The translations under genes were made by a program, and so were the position numbers. Below are positions 39,875 through 50,129 of a stretch of DNA of 64,000 nt, one piece after another. The DNA is taken from assembly GCA_963774955.1 (NCBI GenBank), contig CAVZGV010000003.1:386981-450980 (forward strand), written 5' to 3'. This DNA comes from Candidatus Falkowbacteria bacterium. GTDB taxonomy: Bacteria > Patescibacteriota > Patescibacteriia > CAIXNZ01. Under the pieces are notes generated by a model. It had not been told where the DNA came from and searched no databases. It saw only the letters and a list, made by a program, of their open reading frames with translations. Position 1 is the stretch's first letter. Every line of letters starts with the position of its first letter.

Positions 39875-39926
39875 TTAAAATAAATTTTATGTCTAATAAC
39901 ATTAGATCCGCCTTTGGCGGGAAAAA
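39875..39926 (+). repeat. 52-bp direct repeat, copy 2
   Basis: Identical to 38081-38132. Confidence 0.9.
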
Positions 39927-40392
39927 CATAATCATTTTACTTTTATTGACTTTAAGTCTAAGTTTTTTGACGGGTTGTAAAAAACCGAGTACTGACACTG
40001 TGCCATCGTCCATGACCTATATTGGCACAAAATATGTCAATTGCCGATTAAGTCCGGATTTTCCTGCAGTTGCCGCTAAGGTCACTGAATTATCAGGTTT
40101 AGTCAGCCGTCCTGGTGTTTCTAGGCAGTCGGTATTATTAAACAGCGTAGCCATTGATAATAATGTTTTGTATAATCCGGTTACCAACGATTCTTTTACA
40201 TCTTATAGCGGTTTTCGGGCAGCATTGAATAAACATATTACAGTTAAAGGTTATACTGGCGATAAAATTGATGGCTATAATATATTCTATGTCACTGATG
40301 TTCCTGGCTGGCATTATGTTTGTTGTGATGCGACTTTGGAAGATACCGGGCAAATATCTACGCCCAATGTCTGCCATTGGTTTGAAAAATAA
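39889..40392 (+). CDS. Lipoprotein with a hairpin-encoded N-terminal extension
   Basis: MSNNIRSAFGG-KN...LTGC. Confidence 0.75.
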   Translation: MSNNIRSAFGGKNIIILLLLTLSLSFLTGCKKPSTDTVPSSMTYIGTKYVNCRLSPDFPAVAAKVTELSGLVSRPGVSRQSVLLNSVAIDNNVLYNPVTNDSFTSYSGFRAALNKHITVKGYTGDKIDGYNIFYVTDVPGWHYVCCDATLEDTGQISTPNVCHWFEK

Positions 40393-40578
40393 TTATATTT
40401 TCAGCCATTTTCGCCTCGGCTATGATTTTTTTATAAAATATGATATTTTTTAAATAACAAAGTTAATAATGTCTGCCTTGTGCAGGCCAGGAATAAACAA
40501 TTTAACAAAGGCCGCTTAGGCATGAAACTTCCTTCTACGCTTAGGAGGACATGTCAGTGGCCGAAGGGAGGCAGGAAA

Positions 40579-40947
40579 ATGTTGAGAATTTCGCGGTTAA
40601 TGGGAGTCCTGTTGTGGCTGTTTTCGTTCCAGGTCTTTGCCTTGATCAGTCAGAGCATGCCGGCGCAGAACTTTTGGCTGGATGTGGGCACGGCCTTGGG
40701 CATGTTCGTGGTCGCCGCCTTCGTGCTCGGTCTCAGCCTCACGGACAATTCGGATTTGTCGTACGTCAGCACCTTGTTTCTGGTCGTGGTGGCCAGTGCT
40801 GTGATGACTTTTCGATTCCTTGGCCAGACGCCCTATGTCTGGTACGACCTGATGATCATCATGGCTGCGCCTCAGGTCATGGCCCTGGCCATTGGTTTTA
40901 GCTTAACCACGCGACAATCCCGGGCCGACTTGCAGTCCAGCCCCTGA
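40579..40947 (+). CDS. Four-TM membrane protein
   Basis: GGAGG RBS; hydrophobic helices; terminator at ~40968-41001. Confidence 0.65.
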   Translation: MLRISRLMGVLLWLFSFQVFALISQSMPAQNFWLDVGTALGMFVVAAFVLGLSLTDNSDLSYVSTLFLVVVASAVMTFRFLGQTPYVWYDLMIIMAAPQVMALAIGFSLTTRQSRADLQSSP

Positions 40948-41091
40948 CATCCGCACCATCTCAAACAAGCGGCACTCTTTCGAAAGAGGCCGCTTTTTTT
41001 TGTCTCAAAAATCAAATAAAGCCTGTCTTGACTTTTATAAAAATATGCGTTATTATTAAGTGTTCTTTATATTTCAACAAAAACAGGAGGA

Positions 41092-42189
41092 TTGACCATG
41101 AACTGGATAGATTTGCATTTGCATACGGCCTATAGTCGGGAAGCGGATAATTTTTTACCGGAGCGCTTGGCCAGTATTGCTGAGGCCAAGGTCAAGCGGC
41201 CTGGTTTGAAGGTTGCCGGGGTGGTTGATCATGACACGATTAACCACTGGGAACCCATGTACCGGGCCCAGCAAAAATTCGCACCCGGCCAATTACCGAT
41301 TATTTTGCCCGGAGTTGAAATCTCATCTTGTTTTACTTTTCTGGGTAAGGTAATTCAGACTCATGTTTTGGGGTTTTTCCCCAAGCTGATTCGTTATGAC
41401 CGGGAAAAATTGGTGCGGGTGGACAAGATTTTCCGTCAACCTTTAACCGATATTCTCAACGGTCGTTGGGCCAAGAATGTCGAGATCCGCATTCAATATC
41501 TGCTGAAAAACAACCTTCTGCCTGCGGGCTATGATGTCCAAAACATGATTGCCCGAGTCAAAGCCAAGAATCAGCACGATCTTGATTTCGTCAGCCAGGA
41601 ATCGCCCAAAGACGGCGATGTTATCAATCTGCCCCTGACGACTTCGCATCTTTTCGTCCTCGAAGTAATGCTCGAAGACGGCTTGATTGAAAGCATTGAA
41701 GAGGGCATGTTGTACCTTGACCGGCACTATGAAGACAAGGTCGCGAAATTGGCCAAGATTCTGGCCCGACGCGAGCAGATTTCTGACGAACAGGCTTATG
41801 CCAAGGCCAGGGTCCTTCAGGGGAGCTGTCACGGCAGTTATGGCGATGACTGGTTCAAGCTGTCGACTCAGGACGCTTTGAGTCTGATTCGTCTGGCCGG
41901 TGGTGTGGCCATCCTGGCTCATCCCATGGTTTCTTTCAAGAAATTCCCGGGCGGGATAACAGCCTTCTTTGAATTTTGCCGCCAGGAATTAATCATTGCC
42001 GGACTGATGGGCCTGGAAGCTTATTATCCTCGGCAAGACGAATATCAGCCGGCAATTATTGAATTTTGCCGTCAAAACGGCCTGATTATCACCGGTGGTT
42101 CAGACGATCATCAGGATGGTCGCAATCACATCGGCGAAGTCATTTGTCCCTATGAAAATGTGGAGCAAATGATCAGCGCGCATCTGTAA
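41092..42189 (+). CDS. PHP-domain phosphoesterase
   Basis: DLHLHT, VDHD, GVEIS, LAHP, GGSDDH. Confidence 0.9.
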   Translation: MTMNWIDLHLHTAYSREADNFLPERLASIAEAKVKRPGLKVAGVVDHDTINHWEPMYRAQQKFAPGQLPIILPGVEISSCFTFLGKVIQTHVLGFFPKLIRYDREKLVRVDKIFRQPLTDILNGRWAKNVEIRIQYLLKNNLLPAGYDVQNMIARVKAKNQHDLDFVSQESPKDGDVINLPLTTSHLFVLEVMLEDGLIESIEEGMLYLDRHYEDKVAKLAKILARREQISDEQAYAKARVLQGSCHGSYGDDWFKLSTQDALSLIRLAGGVAILAHPMVSFKKFPGGITAFFEFCRQELIIAGLMGLEAYYPRQDEYQPAIIEFCRQNGLIITGGSDDHQDGRNHIGEVICPYENVEQMISAHL

Positions 42190-42259
42190 AGATGCGCGCT
42201 TTTTTATATCTAGATTTCAATTGACTTGTCTGCTCTTTGGCTGTAAAATTAGAGTAAAT

Positions 42260-43264
42260 ATGACCAAACAAACCGAAAAATTCAATAAAGGCGAAATCAT
42301 CATTTATCAGCCCAAAACCGGCGGGCCCAGGTTTGAGGTTGAGTTAGAAAAAGAATCAGTATGGCTAACCCAAGATCAAATGGCTCATTTGTTTGATAAA
42401 GGAAGATCTACAATTACTGAACATATTAATAATGTATTCAGAGAGAAAGAATTAAATGAAAAGTCAGTATGTCGGTATTTCCGACGTACTGGTTCTGATG
42501 GCAAAGTATACGAGGTTAAATATTATAATCTTGATGTAATTATATCTGTTGGTTATCGTGTGAAATCTAAACGAGGTACCGACTTCCGCATTTGGGCTAC
42601 TAATGTTCTTAGGACTCACTTAATCAAAGGTTATACTTTGAATCAAAAGCGTCTTAGAGAGACTCAATTAACAGATTTGGAACAGGCAGTGGCTCTGGTT
42701 AAAAATGCCTTGGAAACTAAAAAGCTCAAAGGCGCAGAAGCTAAGGGTTTGCTTGAAGTTATCACCAAATACGCTCAATCCTGGTTATTATTGCAAAAAT
42801 ACGATGAAGATAAATTGGTTTTGCCGGTTAAGCAGGCCAAACCCAAATATGAATTGGATTATAATCAGGCGATTAGTGCAATTTCTGATTTAAAGAACAA
42901 TCTGCTGGCCCAAAAGCAGGCTACTGATATATTTGGCAATGAAAGGGGGGAGGCATTAGCCGGGATTATCGGCAATCTTTACCAGACTTTTGGCGGTAAG
43001 GTCTTATATCCGTCAATTGAAGCCAAGGCTGCTCATCTGCTTTATTTCATCATCAAGGATCATCCGTTTAGCGATGGCAACAAGCGCATCGGCTCGTTTT
43101 TGTTTATCGTATTTTTGAGCAGAAATAATTATTTGCTGGATAAAAAGGGAGAGAGTAAGATAAATGATAATGCCTTGGTTGCTTTAGCTTTACTGATCGC
43201 CGCCAGCGACCCCAAACAAAAAGATGTCTTGGTCAAGCTGGTTATGAACTTTTTGACAAACTAA
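42260..43264 (+). CDS. RhuM-like domain fused to a Fic/Doc domain
   Basis: YNLDVIISVGYRV and FRIWAT; Fic motif HPFSDGNKRIG. Confidence 0.9.
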   Translation: MTKQTEKFNKGEIIIYQPKTGGPRFEVELEKESVWLTQDQMAHLFDKGRSTITEHINNVFREKELNEKSVCRYFRRTGSDGKVYEVKYYNLDVIISVGYRVKSKRGTDFRIWATNVLRTHLIKGYTLNQKRLRETQLTDLEQAVALVKNALETKKLKGAEAKGLLEVITKYAQSWLLLQKYDEDKLVLPVKQAKPKYELDYNQAISAISDLKNNLLAQKQATDIFGNERGEALAGIIGNLYQTFGGKVLYPSIEAKAAHLLYFIIKDHPFSDGNKRIGSFLFIVFLSRNNYLLDKKGESKINDNALVALALLIAASDPKQKDVLVKLVMNFLTN

Positions 43265-43276
43265 AAATTCCGCAAA

Positions 43277-43312
43277 CGGAGCTAAGCTCCGAAGCGTCGG
43301 AGCTTAGCTCCG
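43277..43312. repeat. REP-like palindrome
   Basis: ACGGAGCTAAGCTCCGA-AGCG-TCGGAGCTTAGCTCCGT. Confidence 0.65.
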
Positions 43313-43417
43313 TCTTTCCCACTAACCAATAACCCCGCCCTCTACTTGCCCTCCGTAGCAATAGCGGAAAATGGGCGAAGGCAAGTAATCCCGCTACGCG
43401 GGAAAACTCTTAAATAT

Positions 43418-44095
43418 ATGGAAAAACAATTAATCATAAAATTACATAAAAATTTTGAAGATTGCGCTCATGAAAACGATGGGGTCGAATTTTGGTATGC
43501 TCGGGAATTGCAGTCTCTTTTAGGCTATGATCGTTGGGAAAATTTTGCCAATGCTGTAGAAAAAGCTAAAATTGCCTGTAAAAATTCTAAACAAAGCCTG
43601 TTAGACCATTTTCGTGACGTTACGAAGATGGTTAATATTGGTTCAGGCGCGAAAAAGGAGGTATCTGATATTATGTTGACCCGTTACGCCTGTTATCTTA
43701 TTGCGCAAAATGGCGACCCGAGAAAAGATGAAATAGCTTTTGCCATGACATATTTTGCGGTCCAGACCAGGAAGCAGGAACTTGTGGAACAGCGAATTGA
43801 AGCCTGGGAAAGATTGCAGGCCAGAGAAAAGCTATCATTATCTGAAAAGGAGTTGTCAGGAGTTTTATTTGAACGGGGAGTCGATGGCGTGGGATTTGCC
43901 AGAATTCGCAGCAAAGGCGACACGGCTTTATTTGGCGGCTATAATACTCAAGAGATGAAAAGCAAGCTTGGCGTATCAGAAAAAAGGCCTCTGGCTGATT
44001 TTCTGCCCAGAATAACCATCAAGGCCAAGGATTTAGCTAACGAGATAACGAGTTTCAATGTACACCACACACCATTCACCAAACCAACATCCTAA
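43418..44095 (+). pseudogene. dinD: DNA-damage-inducible protein D, C-terminally truncated
   Basis: EFWYARELQ, LTRYACYLIAQNGDPRK, YFAVQTRKQE, LADFLP; homology breaks after ITSFNV into C/A-rich sequence. Confidence 0.75.
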
Positions 44096-44124
44096 CCCAA
44101 TCACTATTCACCAACCAATAACCA

Positions 44125-45132
44125 ATGCCAAAATATTTACTTACAATTTCGTGCCTAGTCTTCGCTGGTATCGGCCTGACCACTGCCAGCGCCTTGGCGC
44201 AGGCAACCCGGGACATCTTTTTCCCGACTGAGCAGTCAGTGACTTTTACTGACAGTTTTGGTGATGCCCGAAGCGGGCATTTGCATGAAGGCATTGATCT
44301 GATGGGCACAAAAATGATGCCGTTATACTCGGCCATAGACGGACGAGTGCGTTACACGGTGGATCCTGAAGCAGATTATGGCTACTCAGTTGTTTTGGAA
44401 GACAGTGACAATTACACTTATCATTATTTACATATTAACAATGACACGCCCGGCACAGATGATGGTTTAGGCGGGACAGCCAATGCTTATGCGCCGGGTA
44501 TTGTCCGGCGCGCTGCTGTGACCAAAGGTCAGTTAATCGGCTGGATGGGTGACAGCGGCAATGCTGAGAACGTGGGGCCGCATCTGCATTTTGAGATTCG
44601 TTTGCCTGACGGCACTGCTATTAATCCTTATTTAAGTTTAATCGATGCGCGTTATCCCGGCAGTTACAGTCTGACTGACGCGCTCAACGCCAGTCCTGAC
44701 ATTAATACTGACAAAAGTTTAGTCATTGGTTCAACGCCGGCAACTTGTGTTTCCGGTTCCAGAATCAAGCTCAAAGGCGCCACCACTGTTTATTATTGCG
44801 GGGCTGACTGTAAGCGTTATGTTTTTCCCACTGACAAGGTTTATTATTCCTGGTTTACCAGTTTTACCGGGGTGACTATTGTCACGGCCGAGCAGATGGC
44901 AGCTTTACCGCTTGGCGGCAATGTGACTTATCGTCCGGGCAGCAAGATGGTCAAGATTCAATCTGACACCAATGTTTATGCGGTGGAACAAGGCGGTGTT
45001 TTACGCTGGATGGTGTCAGCTGAGACTGCGACAGCGCTTTACGGCTCCACCTGGAAAAACAAGATAGACGATGTTTCCGATGCTTTTTTTATTAATTATA
45101 AAATGGGGGAGCCGGTTTTATCGGCGAGGTAA
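44125..45132 (+). CDS. Secreted M23 peptidase
   Basis: HEGIDL, YLH and PHLHFE motifs; signal peptide. Confidence 0.9.
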   Translation: MPKYLLTISCLVFAGIGLTTASALAQATRDIFFPTEQSVTFTDSFGDARSGHLHEGIDLMGTKMMPLYSAIDGRVRYTVDPEADYGYSVVLEDSDNYTYHYLHINNDTPGTDDGLGGTANAYAPGIVRRAAVTKGQLIGWMGDSGNAENVGPHLHFEIRLPDGTAINPYLSLIDARYPGSYSLTDALNASPDINTDKSLVIGSTPATCVSGSRIKLKGATTVYYCGADCKRYVFPTDKVYYSWFTSFTGVTIVTAEQMAALPLGGNVTYRPGSKMVKIQSDTNVYAVEQGGVLRWMVSAETATALYGSTWKNKIDDVSDAFFINYKMGEPVLSAR

Positions 45133-45228
45133 GGTTGAAAATTGATTGATTCGAAAACTTTTTCACTTGTCTCGGCTTTAGACGGAAAAAAAGTTTCACA
45201 AAAACTTGATTTGTTAATTATATTAGCT

Positions 45229-46524
45229 ATGTGGCCAATATTTAAAAATGAAATTATAGAGGTGGTAAGACTTCTAGAAAATGAGAAATGGTTTGTTTTT
45301 GGTGGCTATACTATATATTTACAAAATATTAATCACAATCCCAAGGATATAGATATAATAACTACGTTAGAAGGTTTGACTAATTTAAAAACTAAGATTG
45401 GTAAGTATTCTAACGAGAAAGGAGATAATTGGATTGGGATAACATTTAAGTTAGGAGATGTGGAATTTGAAGTTATTACTGAAGAGAGTTCGGATTTACA
45501 ATATTATCAAGAATTTTTAGAGAATAGCGAGTATATTTTTATAACCTTGACTACGGCAGATGGTATACAAATACCCTGCTTATCTTTGTTAAAACAGGCT
45601 CAGGGTTATTATAATGTATACTGTGATGGTAAGGGTAGCCAAGACCCAATGATTAAAATAAAATTGATTGCAAATTTTTTAAATTTAGATCCCAATAAAT
45701 TTTTCGAATCATTAGAAAGAGAGTATAAAATTAAAAAGATAAAGTATTATATAAATAAAGGGCTTTCGTATGAACAGATTGGAAAAATACTGAATATTTC
45801 CCGGGCCAGGGTTCATCAATTGTATAAAAAATATTATCCCAAAAGAATAAATAATAATTTGAAGAAAATAGTTTTTGCTAGCGATAATATGCAGTGTCAA
45901 TGGCACAATATTTGCAGGGATAAGAAAGTTTTGAGATCTGATTTAGTGATTCATCATCTTGATGGAGACAATACCAATAATAATTTAGATAATTTAGTAA
46001 CTCTTTGTCGGTTTTGCTCAGCAGCATTTAATAAAATTAGAGATAAAGGGTATAAAGAATATATTTGTGATATATGCCAAAAAAAGTATAATCTTAAAGA
46101 AGGTAAGCTAATTAAAGATAAGTTTATCTGCAAATCATGCATAGAGGTGCGGAAAAATAAGAAAAATATATATTGGTGTGAAAAGTATAAACTTTCAAAA
46201 TGTGTCATCTGTGGAGAAAATAAAATAAGACATTTTGGGAATGGATTGTGTAGAAGATGTTATGGTAAGTTGAGATTTAGTGATACTGAAAATAAAATAA
46301 AACACAAAGAATCAATGAGAAAATGGCGAATTAAAAATTTAGAAAAAATAAAGTCAAAACAAAGGAAATATCATAAGAAATATTATTCAAAAAACAGGGA
46401 GATGTTATTGCGACAACAGAAAGAAAGAATGCAGGATATAAAGTTGAATGACCCCATTAAATATAAAGAGTTAAAAGAAAAGTGGACATTATATAACAAA
46501 AATAAATCCAAGCTTGCTCATTAG
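45229..46524 (+). CDS. Nucleotidyltransferase-like + HTH + HNH/zinc-finger fusion protein
   Basis: FGG...KDIDII; SYEQIGKILNISRARVHQ; HHLDGDNTNNNLDNLVTLCRFC; several CxxC. Confidence 0.65.
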   Translation: MWPIFKNEIIEVVRLLENEKWFVFGGYTIYLQNINHNPKDIDIITTLEGLTNLKTKIGKYSNEKGDNWIGITFKLGDVEFEVITEESSDLQYYQEFLENSEYIFITLTTADGIQIPCLSLLKQAQGYYNVYCDGKGSQDPMIKIKLIANFLNLDPNKFFESLEREYKIKKIKYYINKGLSYEQIGKILNISRARVHQLYKKYYPKRINNNLKKIVFASDNMQCQWHNICRDKKVLRSDLVIHHLDGDNTNNNLDNLVTLCRFCSAAFNKIRDKGYKEYICDICQKKYNLKEGKLIKDKFICKSCIEVRKNKKNIYWCEKYKLSKCVICGENKIRHFGNGLCRRCYGKLRFSDTENKIKHKESMRKWRIKNLEKIKSKQRKYHKKYYSKNREMLLRQQKERMQDIKLNDPIKYKELKEKWTLYNKNKSKLAH

Positions 46525-46613
46525 GTAAATGGCCATATATGATGTTAAAGTTAATTTATAAATTAAGATAAAAAGTCCTCTGGCGGAAGAGGATTTTTTG
46601 TGGATAACTTATA

Positions 46614-46642
46614 TTGACTACTGACTAAACAGTCAGTACAAT
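46614..46642 (+). promoter_or_regulatory. lexA promoter with overlapping palindromic operator
   Basis: TTGACT-17-TACAAT; TACTGACT-AAAC-AGTCAGTA at 46619-46638. Confidence 0.75.
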
Positions 46643-46650
46643 ATAAGTAT

Positions 46651-47274
46651 ATGAAAACCTCAATTATCACCCCCAGGCAAAAGCAATTACTTCAAATTAT
46701 CCATGACTGGTTAAAAACTGAAGGTAATATTCCTTCATTTGAAGAAATGAAAAATGAACTTGGCGTAAACTCAAACCAAGCAGTTTTGGATTTATTAGAG
46801 AAATTGGAGGAGAAGAAAATGATTAAAAGAAACGAAGGACTAGCAAGATCAATAAATATTTTACAAAAGGGTTATGAATCACTTGAAGTTGCGCCTTTAG
46901 TAAATGTTGTTGGATTGGGTTCATGCGGACCTTTAGTTGAATTATTTGAGCAGAAAGATGTTTGGATGGAATTATCTCCGGAAGTTCATCAGTTTTCACA
47001 TGAGTTAATTATTATTAGGGCATTTGGCGATTCCATGATTGGGGCTGGTATTATTGATGGCGATTTGTTGCTTTTTACTAAAGCTAAAGAATTTAAGGAT
47101 AATGAAATTGTATTAGCCAGAACTATGGATGGTACAACCGTTAAACGATTAATAAATCGCGATAAAAAAACATATTTTCAGCCTGAAAATCCTAAATATG
47201 AAAGAATACCCGTGACTGAAGAAACTTATATTTTAGGTAAATTAATTAAAAATTTATCAAGAAATTATGCTTAA
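46651..47274 (+). CDS. lexA: LexA-family repressor
   Basis: TPRQ...PSFEEM wHTH; CG putative scissile site; GDSM (Ser) and TVKR (Lys) S24 peptidase. Confidence 0.85.
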   Translation: MKTSIITPRQKQLLQIIHDWLKTEGNIPSFEEMKNELGVNSNQAVLDLLEKLEEKKMIKRNEGLARSINILQKGYESLEVAPLVNVVGLGSCGPLVELFEQKDVWMELSPEVHQFSHELIIIRAFGDSMIGAGIIDGDLLLFTKAKEFKDNEIVLARTMDGTTVKRLINRDKKTYFQPENPKYERIPVTEETYILGKLIKNLSRNYA

Positions 47275-49210
47275 AAAAGAATTATCTAGCCAAATCATAA
47301 ATAAAATCTTCAAAGATCCCGAAGTGCAGTATGGGCTAAAAGAATTTAAGGGCATTAAGCTTGCTGATGTCTTGGAAATTTTTGAAATTGAAAAAGGTAA
47401 GTATTATATAAAGGATCCTGTACGCGCTAAGGATATTTTAGTTTATAATGAGGAAAAAAATTTAAGCAAACCGGAGGAAATTATCCGTCAGCTTTGGCTT
47501 CATAAGATTATTAAAGATTATGGCTACCCGATAGATCGTATTGGGATTGAAAAAGACATCCATTTTGGCAGAGAAATTCATGGCAAAGCCGCTGATATTG
47601 TCATTTATCAAAAAGACAAGGAAACACCTTGGGTAATTATTGAATTAAAAAGTCCTGATGAGAAAAAAGGGTTGGAACAGTTAAAAAGTTATGTTAATTC
47701 CGAAGGAGCACCAATCGGCGTTTGGTCAAACGGCAACGAAAGAGTGATTTTATACCGATCACACCCTCATGAATTTGAAAATACTTTAAGGGATATCCCC
47801 AGAGCCGATCAATCAATTGAAGATGTGTTGGCAGAAGATGTGACCTTATCTGACTTGGAAAGCGATTTTGATTTGGTGGATATTATTAAAATTTTGGAAG
47901 AATTGGTTTTGGCTAATTCCGGGATGGATAGTTTTAATGAGATTTTTAAGCTGATATACGCAAAACTTTTTGATGAAAAAGAAGCTAAGAAGCGCGAAAA
48001 AAAGATTTTATATTTTAGACAATATAAGGATCCTGAATTGACCATGGCGCAAGTCAGCAAATTATTTGATTCAGCCAGGAAAGAATGGCCGGGAATCTTT
48101 AATGATTATGAGAAGATAGAATTGTCTCCCAATCATCTGGACGTCTGCGTGGGGCAATTGGAAAGAATTAAATTATATGATGCTAATCTGGAAGTTATTG
48201 ATTCCGCTTTTGAATATTTATTGCCTGATGTTGCTAAGGGCAAGAAGGGACAGTATTTTACGCCTCGCCATGTAATTAATATGGCGGTAAAAATGTTAAG
48301 TCCTCAGCCAAATGAATATGTCATTGACCCAGCCTGCGGTTCCGGCGGATTTTTAATTCACGCCATGCGTTATGTGTATGATAATTATTTGCATTTGGAT
48401 AGGGAGGCAATGAGTGATTACGCCAAAAAATATTTATTCGGCATTGATTTTGACGACAAATCAGTTAAGATTTCCCGCGCGCTCATGCTGATTGCCGGTG
48501 ATGGCAAATCTCATATTTTTAAATTAAATTCTTTAAATCCTAGGGATTGGATGGGGAATGAGGCGGAAAAGGAAAGAGCCAGAGGCGAATTAAGAAATTT
48601 GCTGCATAAATTTGATGATTATGATAAAAATAAAGACAATCAGGAAAATTTTAGATTCTTTGATTACGACATTTTACTTTCCAACCCTCCCTTTGCCGGA
48701 GAAATAATTGAAAAGTCGCTTTTAAACCAATATGAATTGTCAAAAAATGAAGCCGGTAAATTAAAAAATAAAATGGAACGCCATATTTTATTTATTGAGC
48801 GTTCATTGCAATTGGTCAAACCAGGCGGCAGATTGGCAATAGTTTTACCGCAAGGCGTTTTTAATAATACCAACATGCAGCAGATAAGGCAGTTTTTAAT
48901 GGACAAGGCAAGAATTTTAGCGGTAGTCGGGCTGAATGTGAATACTTTTAGACCTCATGCAGGAGTGAAAACATCAGTCCTATTTTTACAAAAATTTAAG
49001 GATAAGGAAAAACAGCCCAAAGATTATAATATTTTTATGGCCGTCTCCAAAAAGTCAGGCAAGGACAATTCAGGGGATTATGTTTATAAAAAAGATGCTG
49101 AAGGCAAGTTGGCGGTTGACATGAAAGGTAAGAAGGTTTTAGATCATGATTTGGACGAAATTGCGGAAGAATTTTTAAAGTTTGCGAAAAAGGAGGGTTT
49201 TAATTTTTAA
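47267..49210 (+). CDS. HsdR_N-like nuclease fused to an N6-adenine methyltransferase (R-M subunit)
   Basis: PEEIIRQ...ADIV...IELK; GQYFTPR, DPACGSGGFL, NPPF. Confidence 0.9.
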   Translation: MLKKELSSQIINKIFKDPEVQYGLKEFKGIKLADVLEIFEIEKGKYYIKDPVRAKDILVYNEEKNLSKPEEIIRQLWLHKIIKDYGYPIDRIGIEKDIHFGREIHGKAADIVIYQKDKETPWVIIELKSPDEKKGLEQLKSYVNSEGAPIGVWSNGNERVILYRSHPHEFENTLRDIPRADQSIEDVLAEDVTLSDLESDFDLVDIIKILEELVLANSGMDSFNEIFKLIYAKLFDEKEAKKREKKILYFRQYKDPELTMAQVSKLFDSARKEWPGIFNDYEKIELSPNHLDVCVGQLERIKLYDANLEVIDSAFEYLLPDVAKGKKGQYFTPRHVINMAVKMLSPQPNEYVIDPACGSGGFLIHAMRYVYDNYLHLDREAMSDYAKKYLFGIDFDDKSVKISRALMLIAGDGKSHIFKLNSLNPRDWMGNEAEKERARGELRNLLHKFDDYDKNKDNQENFRFFDYDILLSNPPFAGEIIEKSLLNQYELSKNEAGKLKNKMERHILFIERSLQLVKPGGRLAIVLPQGVFNNTNMQQIRQFLMDKARILAVVGLNVNTFRPHAGVKTSVLFLQKFKDKEKQPKDYNIFMAVSKKSGKDNSGDYVYKKDAEGKLAVDMKGKKVLDHDLDEIAEEFLKFAKKEGFNF

Positions 49211-49236
49211 GCATTTAATTATTAATAATTAGGAAT

Positions 49237-50052
49237 ATGAAAGATCTTATATCTCAAATTAAACAAAGTACCATATTTCTCGGGTTTATGAGAAATAATG
49301 AACCTGTCTATGTTGGAACTGGGTTTCTTATTCAGGTTGATGATGTTTTTTATGTTGTTACGGCAAAACATGTTGTTGAAAAAAAATATAGTCAAATGTA
49401 TATATTCCTAAATAATAAAAATTTTGGTGTAAATTTTAAGTCTATTCAAGAAATACTTAATCAGGGCTGGTCATGGAAAAAACATGGTGACAATGATGTT
49501 GACATCGCTTTATTGCCATTCCCGTTAGCTCCAACTGATAAATCAAAATTTATTCCACATACTTTATTTATTCAAGAAATAGCTGACATATCAGAACTTG
49601 TAAATTTATTTTTTTTATCGTATCAGCCAGGCATCAATGAGCTAAAAAATGATTCATCAATAAATCCTATAATTAGGAAGGGCGTAATATCAAGAATTAA
49701 TTACGATAAAACTTTTTTTATGGATGGGTTTGCATTCCCTGGAAATAGCGGCAGTCCCGTATTTTTGTTGCCAACGCCTATAAAAATTCAAAATGGTTTA
49801 ATGCAAATTGGAGGGCCGGTAGAAATTAAATTGGCAGGAATAATTGGGGCATATATTCCATACAGAGATGTAGCAGTAAGTGAGCAAACCGGAGAAGTTA
49901 GAGCTATTTTTACTGAAAACACTGGGATAGCACTTGTTCACTCAACAGCTCTTCTCCAGGAGATTATTAAGGGTGAAGATTTTCAAGAACAACATAAAAA
50001 ATTGACAAAAATAAAATTGATTCCTCAGGCGGAAAAAGAGCATTCTTCTTAG
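49237..50052 (+). CDS. Cytoplasmic trypsin-like serine protease
   Basis: GTGF, VTAKHV, DIA, PGNSGSP; no signal peptide. Confidence 0.85.
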   Translation: MKDLISQIKQSTIFLGFMRNNEPVYVGTGFLIQVDDVFYVVTAKHVVEKKYSQMYIFLNNKNFGVNFKSIQEILNQGWSWKKHGDNDVDIALLPFPLAPTDKSKFIPHTLFIQEIADISELVNLFFLSYQPGINELKNDSSINPIIRKGVISRINYDKTFFMDGFAFPGNSGSPVFLLPTPIKIQNGLMQIGGPVEIKLAGIIGAYIPYRDVAVSEQTGEVRAIFTENTGIALVHSTALLQEIIKGEDFQEQHKKLTKIKLIPQAEKEHSS

Positions 50053-50129
50053 TAGTTGGTATCTTTATTGATATTTTATCCCTATCTGTAGCCGTAAGTG
50101 GATAATCAAAATTAACTTAATTTTATTAT

